A stretch of DNA of 62,416 nucleotides, the filler included, from Platydemus manokwari (Eukaryota), in assembly GCA_037951405.1 (NCBI GenBank). It is 5 parts of 5 records of this genome, joined end to end, with 100 filler letters (N's around TTAATTAATTAA, not from the genome) between each part and the next. Parts side by side here need not be neighbours in the genome. Positions count along the whole stretch, not along the records: positions 20,644 to 35,989 come from JBBMOY011301428.1; positions 36,090 to 47,713 come from JBBMOY010486664.1; 3 more parts are not named here. The stretch is one strand, 5' to 3'. The translations under genes were made by a program, and so were the position numbers. The notes beneath the pieces are model-generated. The model was not told where the DNA came from. It did not search any database and worked only from the letters and a program-made list of their open reading frames with translations. Below are positions 26,341 through 41,070 of this stretch, piece by piece. Each line of letters starts with the position of its first letter. The stretch's first letter is position 1.

Positions 26341-26859
26341 AATTCAGTTGTCTAGTCATCTATCAGTTTATTATTTATATTCATTGTTTAGGAAACAAAA
26401 ATTAATGTTTCAAATAGTCAGAGATACTCTGAATTACTTATTAAAAATTAAATTGTCATGTGTAGAGCAACGATTTATCCAACGATAAATAGATAACACA
26501 AATTTGAACATATATCAATAAAAGCATATTTTTCATCTGAAAACAGAATCTCCTTTTAATTATTTAAAGATCTTTTTCAACTTTAATTCAGATTAATTAA
26601 GCATGAGATCATGTTTTCGGAAGAAATTTGATTTTCGTAACTTACCGAACACAAACTACAAGTTATTTAATTATATTGTTTCATATTCGAATGCATTCAT
26701 ATGCCTTACGTTGTGTTTTCATTTAAATGGATTTTGGAGTAAAGGAATATCATGGTGCACTAATGAATCAAATGGAATCTTCAAACATCAATGAAGGCTA
26801 TTGCTTCCAAATTTTACAAAGATTGTAGATGAAAACCCACATCATATGGTGATTATTTA

Positions 26860-28445
26860 AAACCAGGGGCTTGCTTTTACTGTGGTGAGCTTGAACACCG
26901 AAAAGTTTGATCGTCCACTGTGGAATATATGTTCGATATGCGGAAAAGAAGGGCATGCGATCAGAAAATGTCATTTAGCCAGAAAGACGAAGCCGATATA
27001 CAAACAGAAAGCAAATGATTTGTTAGCTCACTCTCCATGGAGGAGAAACCCTGGCCTTAACTTCCTGTACCTATATCGTTAATGGTGCTGGATAAGAGAA
27101 CGCATGTCAGCTAGAGATAGAATAGATATAAAGAAAAAACAGCAAGAGGAAAGCGGATGGAAATGAAATTAATGAGGGCATTTGGAGGTGCATTGAAGAG
27201 CCGCTAATTACAAATTCTGATGTTCGATTTGTGTGAAGGAAAAATAAGAATCCCAATAGTTTGGAACAACGAAATTCTAGTTAAGGAGATTATTGTAGTA
27301 AAAGAAATTTCAACAGGATTTATTAGAAAAGTCAATATGATGAAGACTTGTGGAATATTCTTTGCAAGAACAGAATCAATTGTTGTCAAGGACGTGGGAA
27401 AGAAATACAGCAACCAAGACAGAATCAAAATATCAATGACGACTATTACTGATAAGTGTCATATTTCATTGAATAGATCTATAAAAGAAAATGGTTTAAA
27501 TATTATGGTGTCTAACATATTGGGTCAAACTAGAGATCCGAACAAAAGAGGAACTTATTACACAAGGCCCTAGAGAGCAGCCAATCAGTTTATAAATCAA
27601 AATTCAAGAGTTGATAGAAGTTCTTCCTGACAATAATGGTTTTAATTCTAAAAAAAGATAGATCGATTAGGATATGTTTAGATATTTGAAAATTAAACAA
27701 ACAGACCGAGAAGTTTTCTTTTCTAGTACCTGATATCCAAACGTAATTAGACTCGATGCATGGCGCGGGAGTTTTCTCCACGATAGATTTAGGCCAAGCA
27801 TATTATCAGGTCGAAATTAAGGAAGATTACCTTTTGAATTACATTCCGTGACGGCAAAGGTTCAGATTCTAATAAATACTCTATTCAAATATTTGATTTA
27901 CAGTGGCGTTCTTGTTTAACGGGACGATATTTGAGTGTATGTAACAGCCGTTGTGGAACACAATAAAACCCTAGTCAAGGATTATGCAATTATTACAGAC
28001 TTTTTATCAAAGACTACGTATTAATTGCTGCTTCGTTATACACGATGATGACCGGAAGTGACAAGAAATTGGAGTGGATTACAAAGTGTGATAAAAATTT
28101 CGAATATTTAAAGGAACAATTATGCACGAATCCGATTTTGGCCTTTCCAGATCAAAGCAAAGATATGATTCTAAGCCAGTTAATTGGCAATCCACGAGTT
28201 CACTATGCATTTTAAGCATTATCTACTGGGAAAGAAATTTATGACTCATACTTATCATAAGGCATTGGCACAGATGAAGAAAATTAACAAACCGATTAGC
28301 CTCAGTTTCAAATAATGTTTGCAAACTTATTCGGATTCAATTTCAAAATTCAATATCGGAAAGGATAAGATCATGGAAATTCGGATGGACTCTTACGGAT
28401 ACGTGAAGTTCTTTGTTCACAGTGCTTCACTTAGCATCAAAAGGC
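26860..28445 (+). mobile_element. Decayed Gypsy gag-pol fragment
   Basis: Zinc knuckles CFYCGELEH and CSICGKEGHAIRKC; RT FSTIDLGQAYYQ; RNase H HFKHYLLGKKF..HKAL; GNSDGL. Confidence 0.8.
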
Positions 28446-29251
28446 TACAGAATAGAGTTAAAATCAGATCAAAGTTACCAAACTGATTATTCTCCCAAAA
28501 TTACTAAAAAAATCTCTAAATTTCATAATAATAATGTATTATTTATTAATATTGTTTATTTCGGTTATAAATATAGAATTAATAAGAACAAAACACTTTA
28601 GACTTCAATCGTTGATTTATCTGAATACCAAAAGTAAAAAGATCATTTAAAATATCTGTGATTGCCAGTACAAACATCAATGGTGATAATCATATTTGTT
28701 GCATTTGCTTAGTTTGATAAGGATATTCGATTTATTCTCATGACCAGATTGTGATGACATGTTATCGATGTCTATTGGATCTAAGAGATGTTTGTGAATT
28801 CTGTATATGTGATGTTCATATATCTCAATGATCGATGAAATAGATTAATTTCTTCGTGTATGATTAGATCTTTTAGTTTCTGATTTTTCTGTTTATATGT
28901 TGGTAGGACTTTGAAAATGTGAAGACTCAATGTTATAACTCGATATAATTATCTCAAGGATGTGGATTTCTTAATTCAGTTCTTTTATTAATAGAATCAC
29001 AAGTTCGAATTTACAGAAATAGACTTACCACTTGAACATATTTTTGATTTGTTTTGTATGAGTTTTAAGAGGAACATACTTTAAATTGATTTATATTTAA
29101 CCAGTGAATATAAGAACAAATATCATACTGATCAATAAGTCTAATTCATAATATATTAATTAATAAGTAAAATCAATGACCATCAGTAAATATTGAATAG
29201 GTTATCACTAAATCCCAATAGTAAAATACAATATTAATCGATTTGTTTCAG

Positions 29252-31330
29252 CTAAAATAGAGAATCCGTTGGTCTCATAATTACGTCGTGAACTGCATTT
29301 CGAGAATCAGTGGACAGCGTATAAATTATTGCATCAGATATATCAGATGGTTTAAGCTTCTCTTTGATATGTTTTAGAGCTGGTTCCAGAATATGATTTC
29401 CTTTGGATTTTTTATTGAATTCTGTATCCACAATTCCAGGACTAATTTGGGTTACTCTAATATTTGATTTGGCTTCTCTCAATTCCTGGTGATAATAGAA
29501 ATATATTTAAATATTTGTAATCCATCGGGAAAATCATTTACAGTTATTCGAAATATATTGAAAATTAAATATAATTTTATATTGTTGGTAGTCGAATAAA
29601 TTTTATTCATTTCATAATGGAGAATACATTTTATTTCAAAATAAATTTAGAATATTCACAAAATATCTAAATAATATTTTATATTTTTATCATTGTCATT
29701 TAAAATAGTAATTTAACGTATAAGTCTAATTAATAAAGTTTTAAATTATTAATAAATTTATCGATTTTAAAGTTCAAAAATTTAAAGTATAGATCGTCAA
29801 TTAATGTGATCATTTGAAAGTTAGCAATCTTATCAAATAAAGAATTGTTCAAAGAGAAGTATATGCCAAGCCAATAACACTCATCTGAGTTGATTATGAT
29901 TTTAAAATATTCATTAATAAAGAAAAAATATCATGAGAAGATAATTCGAGATGAGAAACTATGATAAAAAAGATTCGTTTTTACGTCGATAAATCCTAGT
30001 CTACTTAAAATGCAAGATTAAAAATCTAAGCTATCATTATAACAATGAAGGTCTATAAAAACGGTGAGCAAAAATGAAATTCAACAAAGTCATTAATTTT
30101 TTTCAAGTCTAAGTAAGTTAATAAATAATGTGTATAAATTATCTTATGTTTTAAAAGTTAATAATACAAAATTATGAAAACTCGTATTATATAATTTTTC
30201 TCAAGACTCTAAAATTATTAAGGTTGTTCCATACAAATTAATGTTGACAGAAACATATTTACAATTTTCTTATCCTTCATTAATCAGTTGTTTACTTCTA
30301 TCTTAATTCTCAATGATTTATAACCAAATTTTTGTTAAAATAATATATTGCGTCCATATTTTTAATCTACATAGTTCTTATATAAAATAACAGAAATTAT
30401 ACACAACTGCAGGGGTAAATTAAATATCTTTTACAACGTTTTTACTTCATTTTTGAATCTAAATAATCCTTTAAAGTTATCCGAAATATGTTGAAAATTA
30501 AATAAAAATTTACATTTTATTTATTTCATCACTACGAATACATTTTATTCAAAATATATCTAGAACATAAAGAAATGTCTAAATAATATTTTCTATTCTA
30601 AAATTTCAAAGCTTTCGTTGAAAAATTCTCAGAGTTATTTCGATTTTGAACAAACCATTATTTACATTTTTATTAATAAAGATTTATGAAATATAACTCA
30701 ACAACTTTAGATAATAATTATCAATGTTAAAAATATAACCTGTCTTGTTGATTCTGTTATTGCACTGAGGCTGAATTTGGTAACCATATAGAAATGTAAA
30801 AATGTAACTGGTTCTATTTTATGTGCTAGAGTGCTGTTAATATTTATAATATGACCTGGAACTATGTGATTCATTGTGTTTGAATTCTCATTTTCTCTCA
30901 TCATCGAGAACGCTTCTCTCGTACACATACACACTCCTAAGACATTTGTTTCAAACATTGATTTCCAGTTTTCAGTTTTCCCATTAATAATTGATCCCGA
31001 ATAAATCACGTTAAAAGCCCAACAACATTACATCAATACCTCTAAACTGAAAGCGGCATTGTTAATTATGATGCTCAATTCATTGTTTTTCTTTTTCACA
31101 AAATCGAACATTTTCAAAACGTCTTCTTCATTTGAAACATCACATTGGAATGGAATGAATTCACCTTTGAAATCCTTCGGTATTTCCATTTTCACATTTA
31201 GTAAATTGCCTACATCTCTCCCACAACCTATCACTTTCAATCCGTGATTAACTAATGTAATGGCCACATCCTTTCCAATACCAACTGAAGCACCAGTGAC
31301 AATCGCAACTTTACCAAACCATTTATCCAT
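29252..31330 (-). CDS. DHRS11: Short-chain dehydrogenase/reductase, DHRS11-like, 260 aa. Exons 31330-31040, 30997-30740, 29485-29252
   Basis: MDKWFGKVAIVTGASVGIG (TGxxxGIG), CDVS, INNA, GHIININS, YMVTK (YxxxK), IRVTQISPGIVDTEF. Intron 1 lacks an AG acceptor (GT...CG). Confidence 0.8.
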
Positions 31331-32499
31331 TTTATTTGAAATTATAAAATATGAAATGGAATTGACTTTCGAAATTTTGTTTCAATGACTGGCTCTGAAT
31401 AATTTTTACTGTCTTTAAATATCGATGAAATCAATAAACAACACTGATTTGTTAAATGAAATTGTCTTATCTAACTGGTTTATTTTATAAACAAATTAAA
31501 TTACTAACCAACATTAACTTTTATCATTATCCTTTTGGTAGGAGAACGAATGTCACCAGAGCCGAAGGGTAGGTTACTTGTATTCATTAGTGTTGATATT
31601 TAAATAACAATGATGCGTAAAATCTTTATTTCAATGAGGTCAAACACAATGAAATTAATAAAACTTTTATAATTACAGTGTACTTTTTATTGTGACTTTG
31701 TAGTGCGCTAAGAAGTGAAAAAAATTATGTTGGAAACAAATTCCACTCAGCTCTGGTTTAAAAATTGGTTAGCGGTGTAGTAATTTAGAAAGAAGTCTAA
31801 TGTTCTTCGAGAAATTTGACTAGATTAATTGATAAATTATTCTCTTTCTGGTAATATTAACGTATTATTGCCAAACTAGTTAAACATTGTAGCTGAGGTG
31901 TTCGAACACAAATTATTTTTGTCTTTTCAAAATTTTCCACTGCTTTATACACTTTAAATATTTATTGTGTTACTTTTATTGGTGTTTTTCTCTGATTTTT
32001 ATTGTTGAACGTTTGTTTTACTTATCTAGTTACCATAATTACCAAGTTTTCATGGCAACTTGCGAATTGCAATGACTTTATTATTTATTATTTACATTAC
32101 TTATTTGTGTATATTTATTTATGAGACACGTATTTTTTATATTTTCATTTCTGTTCTATATTATTTTATCATTTTATTCGAAAGAGTTTATTATAAATTT
32201 TGTCATGTTGTGTAATATTATTTGATGGAACAAATTGATTTATAATTTGTGAAATATGTGGTATTTAGTTTAAATTATTATCACGTTAATACAAAATATT
32301 TTTCAAAAAACTTTTCTTATAATTATTATATCATTATTACGGACTAATTTTTATTAAAAACAATTTCCATATTTTATTACTCTCAATGAATCGATTAATT
32401 ATATTAGATTTAAGGTTCCTTGCTCCGATTTATATGATAATGAATGAATTGAACGTCTTATATTGGTTTTGATTTGCAAAGATTAAAATTCGAAACTAA

Positions 32500-33600
32500 A
32501 GAATAAAAAATGACACCATTCATAGTGATACAACACAGGATTTCCGGTATCATAACCTGTATAGAGTGTAAAAATCATTTGAAATAAAGCTATGATTATT
32601 TCACGGATTTAACAGAAAGAAATAAAAAAGAAAGAGAAAGATACAACTCTATTTTGAAATTACATCTAGTTTTGTAAAGAAAATAGACTATAAGGATATA
32701 TTCAAAGAAGCAAAACAGTGTCTGACAGTGAAAAGGGACATGCCTATGTGGAAATCATTAACGAATACGCCAACGTATTATAAGCAAACCATTGGGACAT
32801 CATATGTACAAATTAGATGACGAAAGAGCATGAATAAATACCAAATCAAGGAGGCAGTCGTAAATTAAGAGTGAAAAATGTATGAAGCAATCAACAATCT
32901 GGTAGCACAATAATATGATAAGAAAAAATGATTCTTCAAACAATATATCAGTTGTTTGTATATGGAAGAAAGAAATTAAAAATATTAGATTATGCTTTGA
33001 TTTTAGTGAGCTAAATATAAGATCTGTATGGTAAAAGTATATGAATGCTGAAAGTATTAAAGAGTTCAGAATACTTCACATAAAACAGACATGGGTAAAG
33101 CATATTGCCAGGAGGAGTTAGAGAGTAGAGATGGAGAGTAACAGAAAAGGTAGCCTTTCTCGAAGAAAGAATTTCAATATTGTTTTAGAAGAATTCCGCC
33201 ACCAATTTATTTCCAAGAAGTTATGAGAGAAGGTATGAGAGAAAAAAGAAGAATAATGAATTTAGATGGCATACTTATATTTTCAAAGACAATAGCAAAA
33301 ACACTGTAAGAGGTTAGAAAAGGTAATGCGATGAATATGAAAGGCCGAATTAAGTTCAAATCCAGAAAAATGCAATAATCTAAATAGACGAATAAAGTTC
33401 CTCGGACATTTTATAAATAAAAAAAGACCATGTGGACTGACTCAAGCAAAGTTTGAAAGTTCTTAGATATTTGCAGACAATACAGGAAATTCGGAAATGA
33501 ATTCTCAAAAAGAAATCAAGAGTATTGGAAGAATTTTGTGCAAAGAACAACAAAAAATTATTTGAAATTATAGGTGAAAACAGTGGTAAAAGTTATCATC
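32500..33600 (+). mobile_element. Heavily decayed Gypsy pol remnant
   Basis: Traces of LD(G)ILIFSKT, NPEKC and IKFLGH at 33260-33410. Confidence 0.55.
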
Positions 33601-34744
33601 TCAAAGAATAATAATAAACACAGTGATGGGAAAAAACATTGAGAAAATCAAAGATTTTAAAACAAAAGTATATGAAAATATTTAAAATTAAATTGTGTGG
33701 GTAGATTCTAGGAAGTATAAATTCCATTATCAAATTCAAAAAATAATTTCAAACTCATATAATCCAAATTTATTTGTAATTCAGAATCATGAACATGTCA
33801 GATCATAAACATGATTTCTTGACCGTAAATAAACTTTTGCAAATGCAAAAATTTCACAATCGGTTCTTTCGTTTCATTTTTTATAAGATGAAATATGAAT
33901 TTCTTTTTAAGATCAGTTTAAGTATTTTTCATAATTTAAAAGGTTGTCATTATTTTAAATAATAGTAAACGTTGTAAATATATCTGCATCAATTTCTCAA
34001 CTGGTTTTGGTTGATTATTATTAAATATTTCTGATAACAACAGAAACGATAAATAATTTATAATGTCATTAAAGTAGAATAAAATACTTTTTAATCAAGA
34101 CAAAATAAATTATTAATGTTCGCAATCAATGATAATCAAAGCCATAGGTAACGATTGTAATGTCTTAAATCCTATAACTGCCTCTTCTATTGTCTCAGTA
34201 ATTAAAATGATGCTTTTATCGGTGACTATTATTTTGTAATTGCACTGCAATATGACCACAAATAGTGGGTGACAAAGTCGATTATTTTAGCCAAATGAAT
34301 TTAAAACATATTAGAGACACTTTTTATCAATTAAACGATTGAACAAAAATACGAAAATAAATATATATCAACAACAACCAACAATAAATTCAACTTGTAA
34401 GGGTGGTTCGTAAATGGAAATGTGATTGCGGTATGTGTGATGTATGTATGTTGTTTGATTGCATGTTGATTAATGATTGCGCAATTGTCAGTTGCTACAA
34501 TCCAATAAACCTCCCAAGATGTTATTACATCACCAATAATAAAATGATATATATAACATCGTTATTGTATTAAATAAATTATTCAGTCTAAAACGTCTTA
34601 TTTGTAACAACACTGATTATAAATTATACTTTCATACACTTCAATGATGGAATCATCAATGTTGGGGAAGAATATTTATGAATATATCTGAGCGTAGCTC
34701 TATAAATAGTGTAGAATATGCGAAATATATGTTGCTTTATCAAA

Positions 34745-34960
34745 CAACAATTTGAATCTAAAAATCTTTATAAACTAAAATAATACACTCAAAATCTCAA
34801 TAATAACAATAACAAATCTTTACTCAATTCAGGAGGAAAATCATTCAAGACGGGATCAGAGCCAGAAAGTTAAAAACAGAATAGAAAGTAATCAAAAAGA
34901 CTGATTAATTAAAATTTGCATAAAGATAAGCTAAGTACTCAAGTTACCGACCAAAAAACA
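34745..34960. repeat. ~210-bp dispersed repeat (copy at 44720-44925), possibly LTR-derived
   Basis: Shared CAAG.CGGGATCAG...GAAAGT.AAAA...AAAGATAAGCTAAG.ACT.AAGTTA. Confidence 0.55.
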
Positions 34961-35989
34961 CTAGCAGTTGTTGTCAAAAATGGGCTTTTTTATAACATTC
35001 CTACACACACTATTACATTGATTAATTTAAACAAATTGTTTTGGAATATTCTACTAATTTTTATTTTTCGATTTAAGCAAATTATTAATTACTATCTTTT
35101 AGAATATTTCTCAGTATATTTATTTAGAATTTTTTAAATTATTTTTAAAAGTTAATTTTTTACCTGCTCGACAATAATAATTATTCGTATTTCTGTTAGA
35201 AATATCGATAAAGTAAATTATTATTCACAAATTTTAATTTATTAGTCTCCAGCTTACCGATCACTTAAACTGTTACCTTGTACGAAATAATCTTCAATTT
35301 TAAATAAAGTGAAAATCAACAACCTATCTTATTTGGAGAAAATAATAAACGAAAAAAATATTTATTGCGATTCAGCAAAGCTTATTTCTTTGTCTGGATT
35401 AGACATTTGTTTTTCATAATTGAATTCCCCGACTTTCTAAATCTGAACATTATCAGTCAAGTTTTCTTGTCTTGGCATCATAAAATAATTGATTTGATTT
35501 AATTGGTCGATTCGATATCTCAGTTTCAGGTTAAAGTGAAAGCGATCAGCATCTTAATTTACTCAATATTTCTGAAATACATTCATTTAATATTAAATGA
35601 TATATTAATAAAATTCATTTTAAATATAAAAATATGACTATACTTATAGCTTTTTATATTTTTAATATTTTTAATATTTTATATTTTTTATAATTTCTAA
35701 AATTTAAATCTTTTCATGTCGTTGCACATCGAACAATTAAAGCGCATTATTGATTTGAATTTAATGATTGTTAGCTGCTACCATTTCATTACATTTTTTG
35801 GTAGATTAAAAATCAACCAAAACGTTTACAAAAACCAAAGAAATAACCCCAGAAAGGGTCGACGCACACATGTATGAAAAGTACATGTGGTGTCAGACAA
35901 TTAGATTCGTTCTATTAGGCTGAGTCAAAAGTTATTCATGTTTTTTAGTTGTTTAAAGTTTTTGTTTTACCAAATCATTTAAACATAAC

Positions 35990-36089
35990 NNNNNNNNNNN
36001 NNNNNNNNNNNNNNNNNNNNNNNNNNNNNNNNNTTAATTAATTAANNNNNNNNNNNNNNNNNNNNNNNNNNNNNNNNNNNNNNNNNNNN
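35990..36089. other. Assembly gap with linker
   Basis: N44-TTAATTAATTAA-N44. Confidence 0.97.
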
Positions 36090-39000
36090 TATATATGTTA
36101 GATACACTGGGAACAATGTTCGTAATGACATATAAAACTGTATTTTAGACGAACTGAAAAGTCACATCACGAAATTAAGTTTAATTATGTATGCAAATTA
36201 AGATTTTATAAAAGTGTGATTTTAAAATCTTTCTAATAAAATTCATTTTATTATCCTCAGACCCCTCTTTCTTTAAAACCTTTGATTTTCTATGGATTTC
36301 TGATTATCTTTGTATCGAATTCTCTAAATATTTAATTAAATGAAAGTTTTTATTTCTTCTAACTCTTTTATATCTTCTTTATATTTTTTCTATATATTTT
36401 TTATATCTTCACTTTATCTTCTTCAGGGGGATAAGATTTATTTAATATAAACATAAATATCTTCACGATGCGGTGGCACAAGTCCTCACATCTATTCATA
36501 AAATTGATTAATCCTTTGATACGTCCGATAAGTTTGCTTGTATGAGATTCCTAGAGAATTGCTCGATTATCTAGTAGATAGGGTTACTATCAGTTATGGT
36601 TGTTGATATGAGCTTTGTAAGTGACGTAGACATCCTCCTCTCTGATTCTTTGATCTCATAGACATTCACAGAATTGATTCCAAATACATGGTCACCATGT
36701 AAGCCAGAACTGTTATATAAAGCACATATGAATCCAAATGATAAGTCACGAAATCATATTTGAGTTACATTTATTTAAACAAACTAATATTTTTTAAAAA
36801 ATATGATTTTCAAATCTTTCAAGTATAATTCATTTTAAAATTCTCATACTCCTTACGCAAAAATATTTTATTGGCTGTCTGGAGTATATTTATTCTAAAT
36901 TCGCAAAATACCGTATCTTTTTGAAATAATTTGTTTTAATGGGCATATGTTTCGATTAACAATTTATCAAAATCGATACGAAAATTGCATACAAATATCA
37001 AAAACAATAAAGTCGACATCTATTGATATGAATCTATTCATTGATCTTAAAATATAAATGATCCAATAATATTGGAGAATCGTGGCAAATATGGTATTTA
37101 TATGTCTAATATGACAACATTTTTTAAAATTCTCATCTAATTATAATATTAATAAATCACCAAAGAAAATTTAAAAATAATATTTTACAACACGTTTATC
37201 ATACTGCGGTTTTCTTTACTCTTGCCACACAATCACATGTTTTATCCAAGCTCCAGAGCTCCTTTTTACATAACTCAATTATCACACCACAAAAAGGATT
37301 GATTTCCAGAATTAGGTGGAAAATAATTTTCAACATTTTTTTCTGTTAATGTTGCTTTTTAATTCAATCAAATCGATAATAAAATCAATTAAAAAAATTT
37401 GTTTTAATTAAAATTACATTTATATTTGGAAATCATTTTATTTCATTGAATGAGAGTTAATAAAACAAAAACAACTTATTTGTTCACATAATTTATTTTC
37501 CGTTTTACTTAGATTGCTATTATTTATTTGTCGACATTTATGAATTGATTTTTTGACTTAAGTTAAGAAAAAGGGTCCTTTGACCTACTTTCGTAATAAT
37601 GAATTATCGCGCTTCAGATAATAATATAACTTAATTTTATATATAACTGCTAGGTTTGATTTATTCATATAATTCAGGTGATATCTCATTTTATTTCTCA
37701 TTCCCATTTCTAATCACAACACTTCTATATGATTATTTGAGTTTTTAAATTTAAATTTTTATAATTATAAGTTGAGTTAGTTAATTACAGACATGTTTAA
37801 TAATATCATTGGTTATTTTTATAAAATAATGATTAAAATTGAGAGTATGTCTCAATTTGCTTCTAATGTTAAAAAATGGGTCCTCGCTAATTTTCAATAA
37901 ATTGCAATTCGACCTACTATTTTCATTTTTTAAAATAATAAAATTTTAGGAGATTTTTAAGCTCTAATATATTTAATATTTGATTTCAAACAACTAAAAT
38001 TCTTCTTAAGCACTTAAATAAAAAATTCAAAATGTTTTTAAAGAATATAATCAAATAAACTATATAGATTTTTGCAATACACTCAACAAATGAGAAATTT
38101 CATTTTAGGACCTTTTTTAAGTTCAGCCTCTTTTTTTCTAATTCTAGATTTATGAGAAAATTCAAAGCGGAAGCGAAAAATAATTGAAATCATTGTGAAT
38201 TAAATTATTCAATTAATTCAAACAAAAAAGTGTAGGTTAATTTGATTATCAAATAAGATTTTTCCATGTTAATTTATTTTTTTGTTTTAATGAATAGAAA
38301 TTCCATTATTTGGTTTATAATTAAAAATGTTTAATCGGTAGAATTATTGTTCATAACATTTTCTATCACACACTTTTCATTTGTTTAGCGATAATATGAT
38401 TCGACAGTTGATTTCAATAATAATTCCTCCATACATCTGTGAAATCAGATACATAATATCTGATAAGATTATAAATGCCATTGATATTTAAGTTATTAAA
38501 TAGAGTATTTATAATTGATTATATGTGCTCTTATAGAAAATTTTAAAAATAGAAGATACTGATACCAATATTAATTATTTTTTCACTTGTAATCTAGTCA
38601 GATCAGTAATGCCCTCGTTTTTGAAAAATTTGTTCTGTAATGAACCTGAAGAGTATGTGTGTGTGGATAGACGGGGTAAATTACCTCTCTCTGGAAATTT
38701 TCTTTCTATTGTCCCATTAAATTAAGGAAATATGAATTATCTAATAATTTAGTAAAATCTATTAAGATATCTATAAAAAATAAAAATAATGAAAACTTAG
38801 ATTTTAAAAAATATAAATTATGAATAAATTTAGTAAAAATAAAAAAAATAAAAATAATTAAAAAATATGTTTTATTCGTTCTTTATATGAAAAATAGATG
38901 CGTGTACTTTTTTTAAATTCATATGACATTAATTCTAACAAACCTCAGTAAAAAGTATATTTTAAACAGAATGAAATGTCAAGTAAAAAAGGATTAGCAA

Positions 39001-39773
39001 AACAAAATATTTGAAATATTTACGGAGAATACTGATTAAAACAAGAAACTGACGATGTTGTTAGTTCTAAAATGATTGAAAAAATAAAGAGAAAAAATAC
39101 ACATACATGAAAGGAATAAAGAAACATCGATTTTGTAAAGAATTCGCAGAGAAATACTCAAATTCACAGAAGTACATCAAAATAAAATAATAGGAATATA
39201 CGACAAAAAGTAAGTAAATTCCATGAATTTAATTTACTTCTTCTATTAATTGGTATTTGTTTTTAAAGGAAAAAAGAATGAGAAACGTGAAAATAGATAG
39301 AAATTTATCCCAAATTTATAATTAAATTTTATAAAAATTTCAAAATTAATTTAAATTTATTAGCAATACAATCTAAATCTGATGTTTGTTTATCAGATAT
39401 TTTCAACTACTGCTTAATTTTTTGCTTTGTAACCTGATCTTCTTGGTTTTAATGGTGTTAATAAATGTTACGTCTCACCACCCCTTCGTGAATTGTTTCG
39501 GTTATTAAGGTTTGGCTATATAACTTTTATGGGTGCCTAAGTTAAATGGGCTTCGTTGCTTGCTTAATGAGTACTTGTTATTTGCTTTATTGTGAACTCT
39601 TGTGCAAGAGATATTTATATACACCGCCCTTGGACCAAACCGTATTATTTCTTATTAATTTATTATTGCTATTTATAGTAATGATATTTGATCCCTGATT
39701 TTTAATTGGGTTGATCAAAACTAAGATGTAGATCGCTAAGTTTTAACAAAAACAAAGCATCTATATTATAAAC

Positions 39774-39927
39774 AACTTTAAGCCATTGATCACTAGGCTC
39801 ACACATCGATGAAGAACGTAGCAAAAATATGTGAATTAATGTTTTCTGCAAAACGTTCTGATCATTGACAATTTGATAAGTCCATCGAAAGAAAAAGTTT
39901 ATGAGTTGTTTTTACCTTTCAGTGTCG
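39774..39927 (+). rRNA. 5.8S rRNA pseudogene (orphan rDNA fragment, possibly with upstream ITS1)
   Basis: AACTTTAAGCCATTGATCACTAGGCTCACACATCGATGAAGAACGTAGC...GAATTAATG...CTGCA...TGATCATTGACA...GTGTCG matches the 5.8S consensus with substitutions; no 18S or 28S seen. Confidence 0.85.
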
Positions 39928-40739
39928 AATAAGACTTCCAATGCTACAATTAAAAATTTATCCTCTACATTTCGTTTTTAATATCAGCTAATGAAAAGAA
40001 AACGTTATAAAAACTCAAACCAAATTTTCGACAAAAATTAACATAAAAATTTAGTTGGAAAGTCAAAAGCTAAACATGTAAAACATTTTTAAAAAAAATT
40101 TCGAAATTAAGATTTTACTAATTTATAAAAATAAATAATTGGTTGGAATCTGGTTTTCGGTTTGTAACTTTTCCAGGAGAATGGTAATTATTGAAATACA
40201 GCTTAAAAATTTTAAACATGATCGTTAATCAGAAACTTTTTTCGTTATTTCAATTTCTGTATTCATATAACTGGTTTAAAATAAATTTTTAACTTTTCTC
40301 ATTTTAATCAATCATTTGTAATAAATATTATCTTTCTTAATTTATAAATATTTTTATAAACTATCATTCTATGATAGAAAACTTCCTACTAAGAAATTAT
40401 AATTAATTACATTAAATAATTAAAAACAAAAATAAACATTTAATATTTTTGAAAACTTATAACGTGCACTGTAGAAAATAAAATACACAAACATATATAT
40501 AAACAAAAAATATTTTTAAATTGTTAAGTAACGCAAAAAACAAGCAGGAACAAAAATCCTCAATATAAAAAAATAAAAATTCTGTTTAATTAGCTCAAAA
40601 TGTTAATTATTTGAATCATAACAAAGTCAAAACATGAAAGTGTCTTTTTTCACAGAGAACATATTATACAAAAATAGAAACAGGTGTTGCTAAATATATT
40701 ACACATAGCAAAAATTAAAATTCTCTAGAAGAAGATTAA

Positions 40740-41070
40740 AGGACTTGCTAAATCTTCACCTCCTATTCTCTTTGGGCGGTATTGATTATAATCATATTTA
40801 ATCATGTTGGTTTGTACATATTTCAGTTATTATTCTGGACGGATCAGTTTAAGATCTATCAACGATTTGAGTGACCATATCCGCTGTTGAGTCCAAATGT
40901 CGGCCATAACAATGGTTGATTCCGGGGTGATCAGTGCTCAAACGTGTGAATAGTATCCCCCAGGACCTGAAGGACAAAACAGTGACTTCAAATGATCCTG
41001 CTACTCAACCAATCAAATTCTCATCAGTGTGACTTGTGTGCCTGCGGACATATAGTGCTAGCTAATCTAC
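40740..41070 (+). pseudogene. Possible LDL-receptor-family (YWTD-EGF) exon remnant
   Basis: ILFGR / ~48-nt GT-AG intron / YLFWTD (needs 1-nt indel), then NNG..G.QCSNV.IVSP...CDLCACG with stops. Confidence 0.3.
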
